A stretch of 64,000 nucleotides of DNA, taken from an uncultured virus (IMG/VR IMGVR_UViG_3300044641_005242) (lineage: Duplodnaviria; Heunggongvirae; Uroviricota; Caudoviricetes). The notes beneath the pieces were generated by a model. That model saw nothing but the letters and a program-made list of their open reading frames with translations, was not told the DNA's origin and made no database searches. Below are positions 49,188 to 58,740 of this stretch, in pieces. Position 1 is the first letter of the stretch; every line of letters starts with the position of its first letter. Location of the stretch: positions 1 to 64,000 of the IMG/VR virus record IMGVR_UViG_3300044641_005242; one strand, 5' to 3'. The position numbers were made by a program, and so were the translations under genes.

Positions 49188-50200
49188 ACGCTTTTAATTT
49201 TATCAAACACATCGTTAAAGGTAAAGAATTTATTTTGTGAGTTAATTATATTGTGTAGATTGAATTTAGAATGTTGATCTAATATATTTGACCACTTGCC
49301 TTTTTTATCACCACAAAATCCTCTTGGGTTATCTTCGTTTAGAATATACAATCTTTTGTTTGGATGTCTTCTAGCGTGAACCTTTAGTAGATTCTTTACA
49401 ACGATCTGAATGAACTTGTCTCCCATGATCTGTTTGGCAATAACACCAATACTAGAATCATCTCCGTATAACAACAAACTATGTGGTAGATTCACACCGG
49501 ACTTGATTAAGTCAGAGGAAAGCACCAAACAGCTACCATCTATCTTGGGTTGTGATAAAGTAAGAATGTCGAAATTAGTTGTTTTTGAATTAACCGCATT
49601 CATTTCTTCAATTGTTAACTGAGACTTGGCATAATTCTTATTATTTACTTGTTCAGGTGTATCAATAAATTTAACATTTTCATAATCAACATGTTCTGTA
49701 GCACGCCATGAATCGTCCCACATTTTACGATCAGCAAAACTAATCAAATACTTGTGGATATTTGCATTAGAACCATATTGTGCAATACTTTCGATTGCTG
49801 CAAATGCTTCTTTTGGAAAGAAACTATCGGTTTCACCCCACATGATATAATCAACTCGGGTACAATAATTGTAGTTTAAATCTCTTCTATAATCAGCTAC
49901 ATTGTAAATAGGATCGTTGTCAGTCTTTAACACAACCATGATATTTCGTTCGGGTACATCAATATCTTTAAGTCTTTGTATACCATTATAGAACTTATCA
50001 TACAACTGGTGTAAATCAATTTTAGATGTATCTATTTTTTCAAAATATTGTGATGTGTTGAAACAAAATTGAAGATGTATGTTTTCTTTGTTTTCCACTG
50101 GTTCAATTAAATTGATAAGTCCGTCGATGAATTCTTTATACATCTCTATCTCATAGAACATGACATGAGTACCAATAACATATTTCTTTGATAATTTCAT
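49184..50200 (-). CDS. Putative GT-A glycosyltransferase
   Basis: DYIMWGETD, YGDD, KVH; cluster context. Confidence 0.5.
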   Translation of the reverse strand: MKLSKKYVIGTHVMFYEIEMYKEFIDGLINLIEPVENKENIHLQFCFNTSQYFEKIDTSKIDLHQLYDKFYNGIQRLKDIDVPERNIMVVLKTDNDPIYNVADYRRDLNYNYCTRVDYIMWGETDSFFPKEAFAAIESIAQYGSNANIHKYLISFADRKMWDDSWRATEHVDYENVKFIDTPEQVNNKNYAKSQLTIEEMNAVNSKTTNFDILTLSQPKIDGSCLVLSSDLIKSGVNLPHSLLLYGDDSSIGVIAKQIMGDKFIQIVVKNLLKVHARRHPNKRLYILNEDNPRGFCGDKKGKWSNILDQHSKFNLHNIINSQNKFFTFNDVFDKIKSV

Positions 50201-51198
50201 TAGGTTAAAATATTCTTAATTACGTGGTTTACAATATAATTGTCAGACGATTTATGATAAAATACTTCTCGTTGATTATTCAATAAATTTATTGAGTGAT
50301 CATAATTTGATAGTGCAAAATTTACCACATCTTTTAAATCAGAAAAATCATTTTTACAATTCAATGTAAAATCCTCTCCGTAAATAAAAGGAGTACTCTT
50401 TACACACTCAATATTTGGTTTTATAGTTGGAGTACCAACGACAATACATTCAACTTCTCTGATATTTACTTCTCCATAACCAAATGGAGATATACAAAGT
50501 TTGCTATCATATAGAGTTTGCATGTATTTTTGTTTGTCTAACTTACCAGTAACTTCGGTGGTAATTACATTACAATCAAGTTTCTTGACTTCTTCAAATA
50601 GTTTTCTACGAGGACCATTGTAATATTCATCCACACGATTACCATGTTCATAGTTCTCTGGACATAGACCAATCAACACTGCAACATCATACTTTTTGTT
50701 TTTATTGATATTGGCAAACTCCATCTTGTTACCAAATGTATTTAACCAATTTGTGCCACTATGTACCAATCGTTCATTCAATAATTCTAGGTCAGTAGAT
50801 GGTACACTATATCCATTGTCATTTTCACCCCAAAACCATCTACCATTTGGAAACTTCTTGGTATAAGTTGAATAATCTTTCAATACAACATTTTTTGATA
50901 GTTTAAAGCCTGGTACTTTGCTAAAAACATCCCAAACACCCATCAATGATGATGAATCTTGTCCGTCAAATAAAACATAGGGTGCATCTAATTTTTCTAG
51001 AAATTTACATCCGTTATCAATTGATTCTTGAAGAGATACTTTTTTATTTACAACAGATGCTTGGCCAACCCAATACATGTCTGGGTTTTCATTTACGAAT
51101 TCAATACCATATTCATTAAATGTTTGTATTGCACTTAGATATGGTCTAAATGTGGTTTCGTTACGATGCTTTTCTAGTTCTAATATTTGGATTTTCAT
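50200..51198 (-). CDS. Putative GT-B glycosyltransferase (exostosin/GT1-like C-terminus)
   Basis: YMQTLYDSKLCISPFGYGEVNIREVE..VVG.PTIKP. Confidence 0.65.
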   Translation of the reverse strand: MKIQILELEKHRNETTFRPYLSAIQTFNEYGIEFVNENPDMYWVGQASVVNKKVSLQESIDNGCKFLEKLDAPYVLFDGQDSSSLMGVWDVFSKVPGFKLSKNVVLKDYSTYTKKFPNGRWFWGENDNGYSVPSTDLELLNERLVHSGTNWLNTFGNKMEFANINKNKKYDVAVLIGLCPENYEHGNRVDEYYNGPRRKLFEEVKKLDCNVITTEVTGKLDKQKYMQTLYDSKLCISPFGYGEVNIREVECIVVGTPTIKPNIECVKSTPFIYGEDFTLNCKNDFSDLKDVVNFALSNYDHSINLLNNQREVFYHKSSDNYIVNHVIKNILT

Positions 51199-52028
51199 TA
51201 CGTAAGTATTGAATTATAATTTCGTTCCCAAATTTCTGGAAATGGTGATGAATAACATTTTTCTTTTGCGAGAGAACTAAATTTTAGAATTTTACTGGAA
51301 CACAATATTGTGTTTTTATTAAAGAATGCGGCACTTACACTAAATGTGCTTCCGGCTACAATTAACATATCTGAGTGTACAAACGCGTTAAAGTCTTCTA
51401 TGAAGTTATTTCCATCCGAATTATGAATTATTAAATTATCATTTTTTATATCTTCTAAACCACACTCTCCCCAACAGAAAATATGAATTTTAGATTTTGG
51501 ATATTTTGTTAACAATTTATAAACCATGTCCTTGTAAAAGTTTGGGTCTTCAACCCATCTTGAAAAACGATGTTTATCTTTTTTAATGATATCTAATCCT
51601 CTACGAATATGAATGCTTATAACATGATCACTTCCGAAATAAGATGGTTTTGGCAATGGCCAGCTATTATGTAGATCTGATAAGGTTTTATCTGAGAATG
51701 TTTGTTCGTTTGTACAACCATATGGAAGTTGTATACTTAAACACCCATCCGAATTATTCTCAACGTGATTGATGTTGAGATTTTTCATCATTTTACTTAA
51801 TACATTATTTGCTTTTTCTGTAGAGTTTCCTTGTAATGAAACAGCAACCAATGATATTGGCGATAGACTTGAATAGTAATATGGTTTATCAATTTGTTTT
51901 GATATACAATAACCTATAATAGACGCATACATTTGAGAACCAAATCCGTCGTTGCCTCTTCTTACAGTAAAACTTTTGTGATTATTCATCACATTTTTAA
52001 ACTCGTCAAAACTATTAATCTTTATCAT
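51198..52028 (-). CDS. Alpha-1,2-fucosyltransferase-like GT (GT11-like)
   Basis: DGFGSQ, SIHIRRG.D, EDF...SDMLI...STFS..AA. Confidence 0.7.
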   Translation of the reverse strand: MIKINSFDEFKNVMNNHKSFTVRRGNDGFGSQMYASIIGYCISKQIDKPYYYSSLSPISLVAVSLQGNSTEKANNVLSKMMKNLNINHVENNSDGCLSIQLPYGCTNEQTFSDKTLSDLHNSWPLPKPSYFGSDHVISIHIRRGLDIIKKDKHRFSRWVEDPNFYKDMVYKLLTKYPKSKIHIFCWGECGLEDIKNDNLIIHNSDGNNFIEDFNAFVHSDMLIVAGSTFSVSAAFFNKNTILCSSKILKFSSLAKEKCYSSPFPEIWERNYNSILT

Positions 52029-52696
52029 ACTTTTTCAATTAATACCTGCCATTCCTTAATCAATAGGTTGTATTTACCTTTATAACACTCTAAGAATGCT
52101 TCAATACCATATCTGCATTTACCCCAACCATAATCATCGAATAAAATAAATCCGCCTTTCTTTAACAATTCAAAACTAATTGCGGCTTCATGCATAACAT
52201 AATCTGGTTCGTGACATCCATCAAGATAGATGAAGTCAAATACGTTCTTAGGATCGCTACCAAGAAACTTAGATTCCAAGGTACCACCATACAATTTACG
52301 TAAAAACTCTTTGGAGTCAGTGACATAAAACTCGCACTTATTTTTATCAATATAAGGTTGCAGATTCTGGGTTAATGTTAACGATAAAGAATCGCCAAAG
52401 TCAAATGATAAGTCTCCTTTTTTGTACTTACGTACATCTTCTATATCAACAGTAATGATTCTTGAGTTTGGTTGAGTTAAAACATTTTCCAACATCCACA
52501 CTGAAGATCTGCCATGACCAGTACCAATTTCTAAGAACAGTAGATTCTCTTGATCAAGAAATCTGGTGAAGTAACTACTCCAAACAGGAATGTTTAGGGT
52601 AAAATCATCCTTTGGGCTAAAGAAATGATCTGGATACGTGTAGTAATCGTGCTTTGTAAAGTCTCCGTATTTGGCTCTTAACTCTTTGTTTGTCAT
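52025..52696 (-). CDS. SAM methyltransferase (Methyltransf_24-like)
   Basis: FLEIGTGHGRS, FDFIYLDGCH, GGFILFDDY. Confidence 0.85.
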   Translation of the reverse strand: MTNKELRAKYGDFTKHDYYTYPDHFFSPKDDFTLNIPVWSSYFTRFLDQENLLFLEIGTGHGRSSVWMLENVLTQPNSRIITVDIEDVRKYKKGDLSFDFGDSLSLTLTQNLQPYIDKNKCEFYVTDSKEFLRKLYGGTLESKFLGSDPKNVFDFIYLDGCHEPDYVMHEAAISFELLKKGGFILFDDYGWGKCRYGIEAFLECYKGKYNLLIKEWQVLIEKV

Positions 52697-52697
52697 A

Positions 52698-53351
52698 TTA
52701 TTGTATCTTTCCATTTTTAAAAATCATAAAAGGTCTACGTAGAATTTTAAATTTTTGTTTTTCTATCTTTACATCACCAGTATAGTTACATAACTGACTT
52801 GGATTATTAATTTTAATATCGCTTATAATGTCTATATCTATTAGTTTAGAATCATACAATTTTTCTAACTTTGTATCTATAACCGCATTGTAAACACCAC
52901 CCATATGTAAGTCATCAACTACCAATATACCATCGTTATTTAACAAATTCATTGTATTTTTTATATCTGACACAACAACATCATAATCGTGACATCCGTC
53001 TATTAATATTAAATCAAACAATAATTTGTTTTTAGATAAAAACTCTGGAATGGTTTGGACAGAATTTCCTTTTATGAGATTTATATCAAAATGTCTTTTT
53101 AAAACAGACTCGGCTTTTTCTTCAATTCCCCACCGACATATATCAAATGTATACATTTTTGCAGTTGGACTTGCATTCAAAAAACAACAGGCTGAGTGTC
53201 CACCATTGAATCCTATTTCTAATATAGTCTTTGGTTTAATAGTCGATACTATATCATACATAGTATTCAAAAATACATCTGTACATCTTCCTTCTTTTAT
53301 ATTTGGAAGTTCTTCCCAACCCAACCATTTATTTTTGATACCAACGTTCAT
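52698..53351 (-). CDS. SAM methyltransferase (Methyltransf_24-like)
   Basis: ILEIGFNGGHS, FDLILIDGCH, VVDD. Confidence 0.85.
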   Translation of the reverse strand: MNVGIKNKWLGWEELPNIKEGRCTDVFLNTMYDIVSTIKPKTILEIGFNGGHSACCFLNASPTAKMYTFDICRWGIEEKAESVLKRHFDINLIKGNSVQTIPEFLSKNKLLFDLILIDGCHDYDVVVSDIKNTMNLLNNDGILVVDDLHMGGVYNAVIDTKLEKLYDSKLIDIDIISDIKINNPSQLCNYTGDVKIEKQKFKILRRPFMIFKNGKIQ

Positions 53352-53995
53352 TTTACGTTATAACCTCGGTTTTCTTCGTCTGTAAACATTTTGTTGTAGT
53401 TCAAGTTAGTTTGTCTTTGTTTCTCAATAGTTTTCTCATGAACAATTGCATAATCTTTTTGAGGAGGAACAAATGTATAAGTTTTAAATCCTTCAACCTT
53501 TTCATGTAAACGACGTTGATATCGAATATGTGAAAGATTTCTATAGATGCGGGATTGGTAATCTGGATAGTTTATCATACCATCTTGATAATTCCAACCC
53601 CAAGTCTTTACATCTAACTCAGTAACTCCAGCAAAGTAATTTAGTCTTGGTAACCAAAGTACTTCGTTGTTGTTATTGGATTCCAATACCGCATCTATAT
53701 TTTCCAAAAGGAGGTCTGTTGGATATTCGTCTCCATCAAGTTGGAATATCCAATTACCTTTGCATTGTTCAATACCATAGTTTTTGTGTGCTCCGTAATT
53801 GCGATCTAGTCTGTGTTGATGGAACGACGTTTGTTCTTTATATTTTTGTATAATGTCCAGAGTTTCTGGATTATCTGAATAATCATCAAGAAGAACAATC
53901 TCATGGTTATCCTTTCTGTTTTGTACCAACTTGGATAATAATTTATCCAAGCTAGAAGTTTCATTATGACAGGTGACTAGATATGACAAAAACAT
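53348..53995 (-). CDS. Glycosyltransferase family 2
   Basis: TCHNE, LDDYS, WIFQLDGDE, PDYQSR, LHE. Confidence 0.85.
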   Translation of the reverse strand: MFLSYLVTCHNETSSLDKLLSKLVQNRKDNHEIVLLDDYSDNPETLDIIQKYKEQTSFHQHRLDRNYGAHKNYGIEQCKGNWIFQLDGDEYPTDLLLENIDAVLESNNNNEVLWLPRLNYFAGVTELDVKTWGWNYQDGMINYPDYQSRIYRNLSHIRYQRRLHEKVEGFKTYTFVPPQKDYAIVHEKTIEKQRQTNLNYNKMFTDEENRGYNVK

Positions 53996-53996
53996 A

Positions 53997-55340
53997 TTAT
54001 TGCATCTTTAGTTTTGGTAATACTAATTTATCAGTAGCACTTGCAACTGAACTACCTACTGATTTTAATTTGGGTAGAACAAACTTATTCTCGGTGGCAA
54101 ATTCTGGAACATATTTGTCCATAATAGACCACAACTTTGTATCCATCGCCTGTAAACTAAACTTTTCAGCATTTTCAACACGTAGATATTCAGCCTTTTG
54201 AATAACTTTATCATTATTTCTATTCTGATAGATATACTTCAACTTATCTTCAGCTAGTGAATAAGATACTCTAAACCACTTGCTTTCCTTAATAATCCAT
54301 TCGTTGACTGATTTTTTATCAACATCAACCAAAGTACCAGGTAATAGATTTGCATTTGCTGGATTCAAATAATCCAAATGACCACTCCAGTTTGGAGCCA
54401 ACAATGGTTTACCACTCAATGTTGACAACAACATGGGATGACCAAAACCTTCACCATGGGTAAATGATACGTGACTAATTACTTTTGGATGATTGAATAG
54501 ACTATTCATTTCAACGTCATTCAATTCACCATGTAGTAGATAAACACTTGGAGCATTTGGACTTACACTATTACGAATCTTATTGATTCTTTCTAGTGTA
54601 TCAAATCGATCAACGGTTGAGTAACCAGCACCATTTGTCTTTAGAATCAAACAAGGTCTATTGTTTGGTTCAAAGTTTTTGAAAGCGTTGCAGAATGTTT
54701 TGATAAGGTTTCCAATATCCTTACGATCATTGTATAAACCTTGGTGTGTCCATTGACCAACAAACAAAAATGCATGTTTTTCTGAAATCTTAGACAACGC
54801 ACTATCAACGTTTGGTTCGATGATGTCTGTTTTCTTGTAGATATCCGTATTAGCTCCCCAGAAACATACTTCAATAGGTTTGTTTACTTCGATAGGTTCT
54901 TCTCTACCATTTTCAAGCTTCTTTTTGTATTTTGTATCTTGAAAGGTCTTCTTCACATGATTTGACAAACCGATGGTTAGATCCATACGATTTACACCTT
55001 CAATCCATTCACCAGCACAGGCGGTTGTTTCAATACCTGCGGTCATACCAATATTATACTTACCAACCTTTTGAAACTCATTTGGTATGGTAACTTGAAT
55101 AAATAACTCTGGCTGTTTATCCAATCCCTTTTGTAGGAACTTAGAGAATAGTAATTGATCATTTGGATCATTTAGTTCTTCTACAAATCTCTTGGTTTGA
55201 CAATTACCCCAACGTGTTGGAAGAATCTTTACGTCATATTTATCTTGACGAATTAGACTCTTGGCAATTGTAGTAGCCCAATCTCCATAACCACTACGAT
55301 TAAAGACTGGTCCCTGAATTACACATACTGGCTTGCTCAT
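53997..55340 (-). CDS. Glycosyltransferase, GT-B (GT4-like)
   Basis: RSGYG, TAGIET, DRKDIG, HGEGFGHP, WSGHLD. Confidence 0.85.
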   Translation of the reverse strand: MSKPVCVIQGPVFNRSGYGDWATTIAKSLIRQDKYDVKILPTRWGNCQTKRFVEELNDPNDQLLFSKFLQKGLDKQPELFIQVTIPNEFQKVGKYNIGMTAGIETTACAGEWIEGVNRMDLTIGLSNHVKKTFQDTKYKKKLENGREEPIEVNKPIEVCFWGANTDIYKKTDIIEPNVDSALSKISEKHAFLFVGQWTHQGLYNDRKDIGNLIKTFCNAFKNFEPNNRPCLILKTNGAGYSTVDRFDTLERINKIRNSVSPNAPSVYLLHGELNDVEMNSLFNHPKVISHVSFTHGEGFGHPMLLSTLSGKPLLAPNWSGHLDYLNPANANLLPGTLVDVDKKSVNEWIIKESKWFRVSYSLAEDKLKYIYQNRNNDKVIQKAEYLRVENAEKFSLQAMDTKLWSIMDKYVPEFATENKFVLPKLKSVGSSVASATDKLVLPKLKMQ

Positions 55341-55341
55341 A

Positions 55342-56022
55342 TTATTGTAAGTTCCTTTCTTTCATTAACTCTGTATATTTTTTAGATGGAGTAGGTACGC
55401 CACCAACCTTATTGTATAATGCTTCCATTGTAGTCATATGTTTACTAGCATCTTCCGCACTTGGAGCTTTTTTGGTATCTGTGCTTCCAAAACCACCTTC
55501 ACCTCGGTTGGTAGTATCCAATTCATTTACCAAAACAAACTGTATATTTTCTACTCTGGTTGCTTTGAGTTGGCAAACTTTATCACCTTTTTTGTAGATT
55601 TTGTTGCTATTAACGATACCTTCTAAAAGATTATCCTTTGTAATTCTATAATCTTCTGGTTGCCATATATACTTGAAACGTAGCAATACTTCTCCACGAT
55701 AATCTGCGTCAATCAATCCAATACAATTAGCCAATACTAAATTGTACTTGCTAACACTACTACGTGGAAATGCTAATACATCATGATCAATATCTGTATA
55801 ACCAAAATTACTAAACTCACGTTCTTTCTGAACAGCTAGTTTAAGGTTAGTTTTATATTGAATATAATCTACTCTGGTATATGTGATATTATCTGTTGTT
55901 TCACCAACAATCTCGGGTTCACTTGTAGTAACTATATCATAACCAGTAGCACGATCTGTACCTTTCTTGGGTAGATCTTCTACGTCTTGATAGACTTCGT
56001 TTTTAAGTACTTGAATTTTCAT
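55342..56022 (-). CDS. dut: Trimeric dUTPase
   Basis: ATGYD, PRSS, GLIDADYRGE, VCQL, RGEGGFGST. Confidence 0.9.
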   Translation of the reverse strand: MKIQVLKNEVYQDVEDLPKKGTDRATGYDIVTTSEPEIVGETTDNITYTRVDYIQYKTNLKLAVQKEREFSNFGYTDIDHDVLAFPRSSVSKYNLVLANCIGLIDADYRGEVLLRFKYIWQPEDYRITKDNLLEGIVNSNKIYKKGDKVCQLKATRVENIQFVLVNELDTTNRGEGGFGSTDTKKAPSAEDASKHMTTMEALYNKVGGVPTPSKKYTELMKERNLQ

Positions 56023-56990
56023 AGACTAGATACCTCTTTTTTGATTTTATCAACGTCAATTTTGTGTAAATCAAATCCCAAAGCATTGTCTGGTAATGAC
56101 TTAGTATTGTATCCGTCGAATGTAAACAAGTCAAACTTATTAACAGGATTAAAGTTATTCAATGTAAAGTCCATGGCTTTGATAAACTGATCGCACATGT
56201 TCTTTGAATTAATACCACCTTCATTCATTGCCCAACGACGACCTTCTTTACCACACTCCTCACGCTTTTGAGAGACAGCCAAATACCAATACATAATAGC
56301 ATCTGCAATATCACTATAATTGGTCATGTCATCCAAAATGTATGGTGTAGGAGGACTACCTTGCATATTGTGTACCTTGGTCCAAACTGGCTTAGCCCAC
56401 TTGCCATGGTTCTTGTATCGTCCAGTACAATTTGTACCAAAGTCACGATTGAATTCAACTGGATTACCACTATCATCTGTAATACCCAATTGATCTTGTA
56501 GACCACCAGTGACGGCAGCAATAACTGGGGTTTCACACATCAATGATTCTGCGATACTAAGACCAAATCCTTCATTGGAACTTACGTTTGCTACAACATC
56601 ACAGATGTTATAGAAAGCAACCATTTCTTCGGGAGTCTTTCGACTATCATCAAAAATAACATTGCATTCTGGAGCAATTGCTTTTGTAGTAGCTGGTAGA
56701 TCAGTACCAGCTTCACAAACTTCATCTGTATGAAGTAACAATGCACATTTAGCAGCTTCTTCTTTGGTCAGTGTAGAACAAAATGCTTTAAATGCTAGAA
56801 TTAGATTGGCAGGATGTTTGCGATGAGCATTTCTGCTGTTGAATCCAACTACGAAATTATATTCCTTATCTTTGAAATATTCTTTCTTCAACTTAACAAT
56901 AGATTGATGTTTGCTGTCAAGTGCTTTGAATTCGTCACTATTGATACCATGTGGTACTAGATGTAATAAATGTTTTCCTTTTACTGGCAT
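56019..56990 (-). CDS. GT4 glycosyltransferase, C-terminal half
   Basis: VPHGI, SRNAHRK, NEGFGLSIAES, TGGLQDQ; AAGGA RBS. Confidence 0.8.
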   Translation of the reverse strand: MPVKGKHLLHLVPHGINSDEFKALDSKHQSIVKLKKEYFKDKEYNFVVGFNSRNAHRKHPANLILAFKAFCSTLTKEEAAKCALLLHTDEVCEAGTDLPATTKAIAPECNVIFDDSRKTPEEMVAFYNICDVVANVSSNEGFGLSIAESLMCETPVIAAVTGGLQDQLGITDDSGNPVEFNRDFGTNCTGRYKNHGKWAKPVWTKVHNMQGSPPTPYILDDMTNYSDIADAIMYWYLAVSQKREECGKEGRRWAMNEGGINSKNMCDQFIKAMDFTLNNFNPVNKFDLFTFDGYNTKSLPDNALGFDLHKIDVDKIKKEVSSL

Positions 56991-56993
56991 AAA

Positions 56994-57536
56994 TTATCCT
57001 TTAATAATGTTTCCGTTGTTGTCAAAATCACCATAGATACTGGTACAATTTTCTGGTCCTAGTACCCACTTATTGATATTATCAGTTTGTCTACTAATTG
57101 CAAACAATGCATCACAACACTTGTAGAATGGTTTGTTCCACATTGGGTATGGTAGATCGTCCCAAATGTCTAGATATGTTAGTGGAATCTTGGCACGAAT
57201 TTGATGTTCAATATTATACAACCAACCCCAGAAACGTGGGTCTGTGAAGTGCATAATTGCATCTGGCTTTTCATGAGCAATCAGTTGAAATAACAATTCT
57301 TCGTTACCATAACCATCTGCTGGATATAGTCTTAGATAATTGTCATTACGACCATTTAGTTTATCGCATGCTTCTTTCATGTCAATAACCTTACCTTGTT
57401 CTGGGTGTTTGATTGCTCCTGCGATTTGAACCCAATCGTAGTGGTGAAGTGTACCTAGAACTAATTCTCTGCTCATGGTGGCTACACCACTATGCATTCT
57501 TAGATCGTCACTCAATAATAGTATCTTTTTTTTCAT
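56994..57536 (-). CDS. GT4 glycosyltransferase, N-terminal half
   Basis: KILLLSDD...SGVA, EKPDAIMHFTDPR, IWDD; in frame with the downstream half. Confidence 0.75.
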   Translation of the reverse strand: MKKKILLLSDDLRMHSGVATMSRELVLGTLHHYDWVQIAGAIKHPEQGKVIDMKEACDKLNGRNDNYLRLYPADGYGNEELLFQLIAHEKPDAIMHFTDPRFWGWLYNIEHQIRAKIPLTYLDIWDDLPYPMWNKPFYKCCDALFAISRQTDNINKWVLGPENCTSIYGDFDNNGNIIKG

Positions 57537-57754
57537 TATTTATCCTTGGAGTTTGAAAGTTGAAATGGCTTATTGAAGCTTAGCTTTTGCACAACACTTT
57601 CACTGATTGCGTTTCTAAAGTTAGCATCGTCAACATATCTTTCAAGACATTTATTTACAAAGTCTTGAAAAGAGATTTTGCTTCTAACGTTGATTTCTTT
57701 GAATTGTGAGTACAACTCATTGTCCAGTTTTACTGTTGTAACAAATTGATCCAT
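57536..57754 (-). CDS. Ribbon-helix-helix-like DNA-binding protein
   Basis: TTVKLDNELYSQFK....ISFQDFVNKCL; first gene of the glycan operon. Confidence 0.55.
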   Translation of the reverse strand: MDQFVTTVKLDNELYSQFKEINVRSKISFQDFVNKCLERYVDDANFRNAISESVVQKLSFNKPFQLSNSKDK

Positions 57755-57802
57755 AACATATTTACGTATATACATATGTAAATATGTGAAAATGTATTAT
57801 TT

Positions 57803-58690
57803 TTATTTGCTGGCTTTGCCATCGCAAAGTTTTTTGTAGTGAGTACAATATTTGCAATTCTTTTTAGCATTACCTGGAATCTTGATATATTGATTTTCCA
57901 GATTATAAGTACCATCTTCTTTAAATCCATGGTTCAAGAATTCAATGAAGTTATTGATAGATTCTTTGATAGAAGTGGGACCGGATGGTGGTCTGAATAT
58001 TTGAATACGGCTTTGTGGAAAGCTAACGTTTTCATAAAGTTTGCGTTTAACGATGAAGAATTCAACCTCAATGCTATTTAGAGGTACATTGAATTTTTTA
58101 CTATAAACGCTTTTGTATAGATGAAGTTGAGCGATTTTGCTTTCATCTTCCTTCATGTAACTATTCCAACCACTACTACTTGTTTTAAAGTCAATGATCT
58201 TGTAATACTCTCGGTTCTTTTCTTTGAGGATAATATCTACGAATCCAACGAAGTTTACATTATTTTTGATTGGAATCTCCAGTGGAATTTCAATACCTAC
58301 TAGGTCATAATCTTTGGTGGGAAAGTGTTTTAATCTATTTGCAGACTTACAAAAGGCATCAATAATATCATGACCATCAAATATGAATTCAGTCACATCA
58401 TCTTCTTTTAGATCTTTTACCTTTTTAATTTCCTCATTGAATTTATCCAAGAACAATTTCTTGACATCCAATGCATCTGCAATACCTACACCTTCATTGT
58501 ATAGGGAAGTCAAATATGTTTGAAAAGCATGATGAATTGCGGTACCAAAGGTGGTGTGGATGCTATCGTCTTTGATACGCAAGTTCTTTGCATAGTCAAG
58601 ATACCATTTATGTGGACATTTCAAGTAAGTTGAATACTGACTGAAACTGACCCGATTCTTTTTTATTTCTTGTACTTCCATAGATTCCAT
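57803..58690 (-). CDS. Cas4/AddB-like PD-(D/E)XK exonuclease
   Basis: SFSQ...CP, GTAIH, GFVD, IIDFKT, QLHLY, CKYC...C (4-Cys Fe-S staple). The true start may be 58681. Confidence 0.85.
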   Translation of the reverse strand: MESMEVQEIKKNRVSFSQYSTYLKCPHKWYLDYAKNLRIKDDSIHTTFGTAIHHAFQTYLTSLYNEGVGIADALDVKKLFLDKFNEEIKKVKDLKEDDVTEFIFDGHDIIDAFCKSANRLKHFPTKDYDLVGIEIPLEIPIKNNVNFVGFVDIILKEKNREYYKIIDFKTSSSGWNSYMKEDESKIAQLHLYKSVYSKKFNVPLNSIEVEFFIVKRKLYENVSFPQSRIQIFRPPSGPTSIKESINNFIEFLNHGFKEDGTYNLENQYIKIPGNAKKNCKYCTHYKKLCDGKASK

Positions 58691-58740
58691 AGTATACCAT
58701 AAGTAAGATTCGTCAATTTATAACAACTATTTATTAACAT

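Noticed and set aside
57803..58690. CRISPR-Cas system suggested by the Cas4-like nuclease
   Set aside because: No other cas genes and no repeat-spacer array; solo Cas4-like exonucleases are common in phages.
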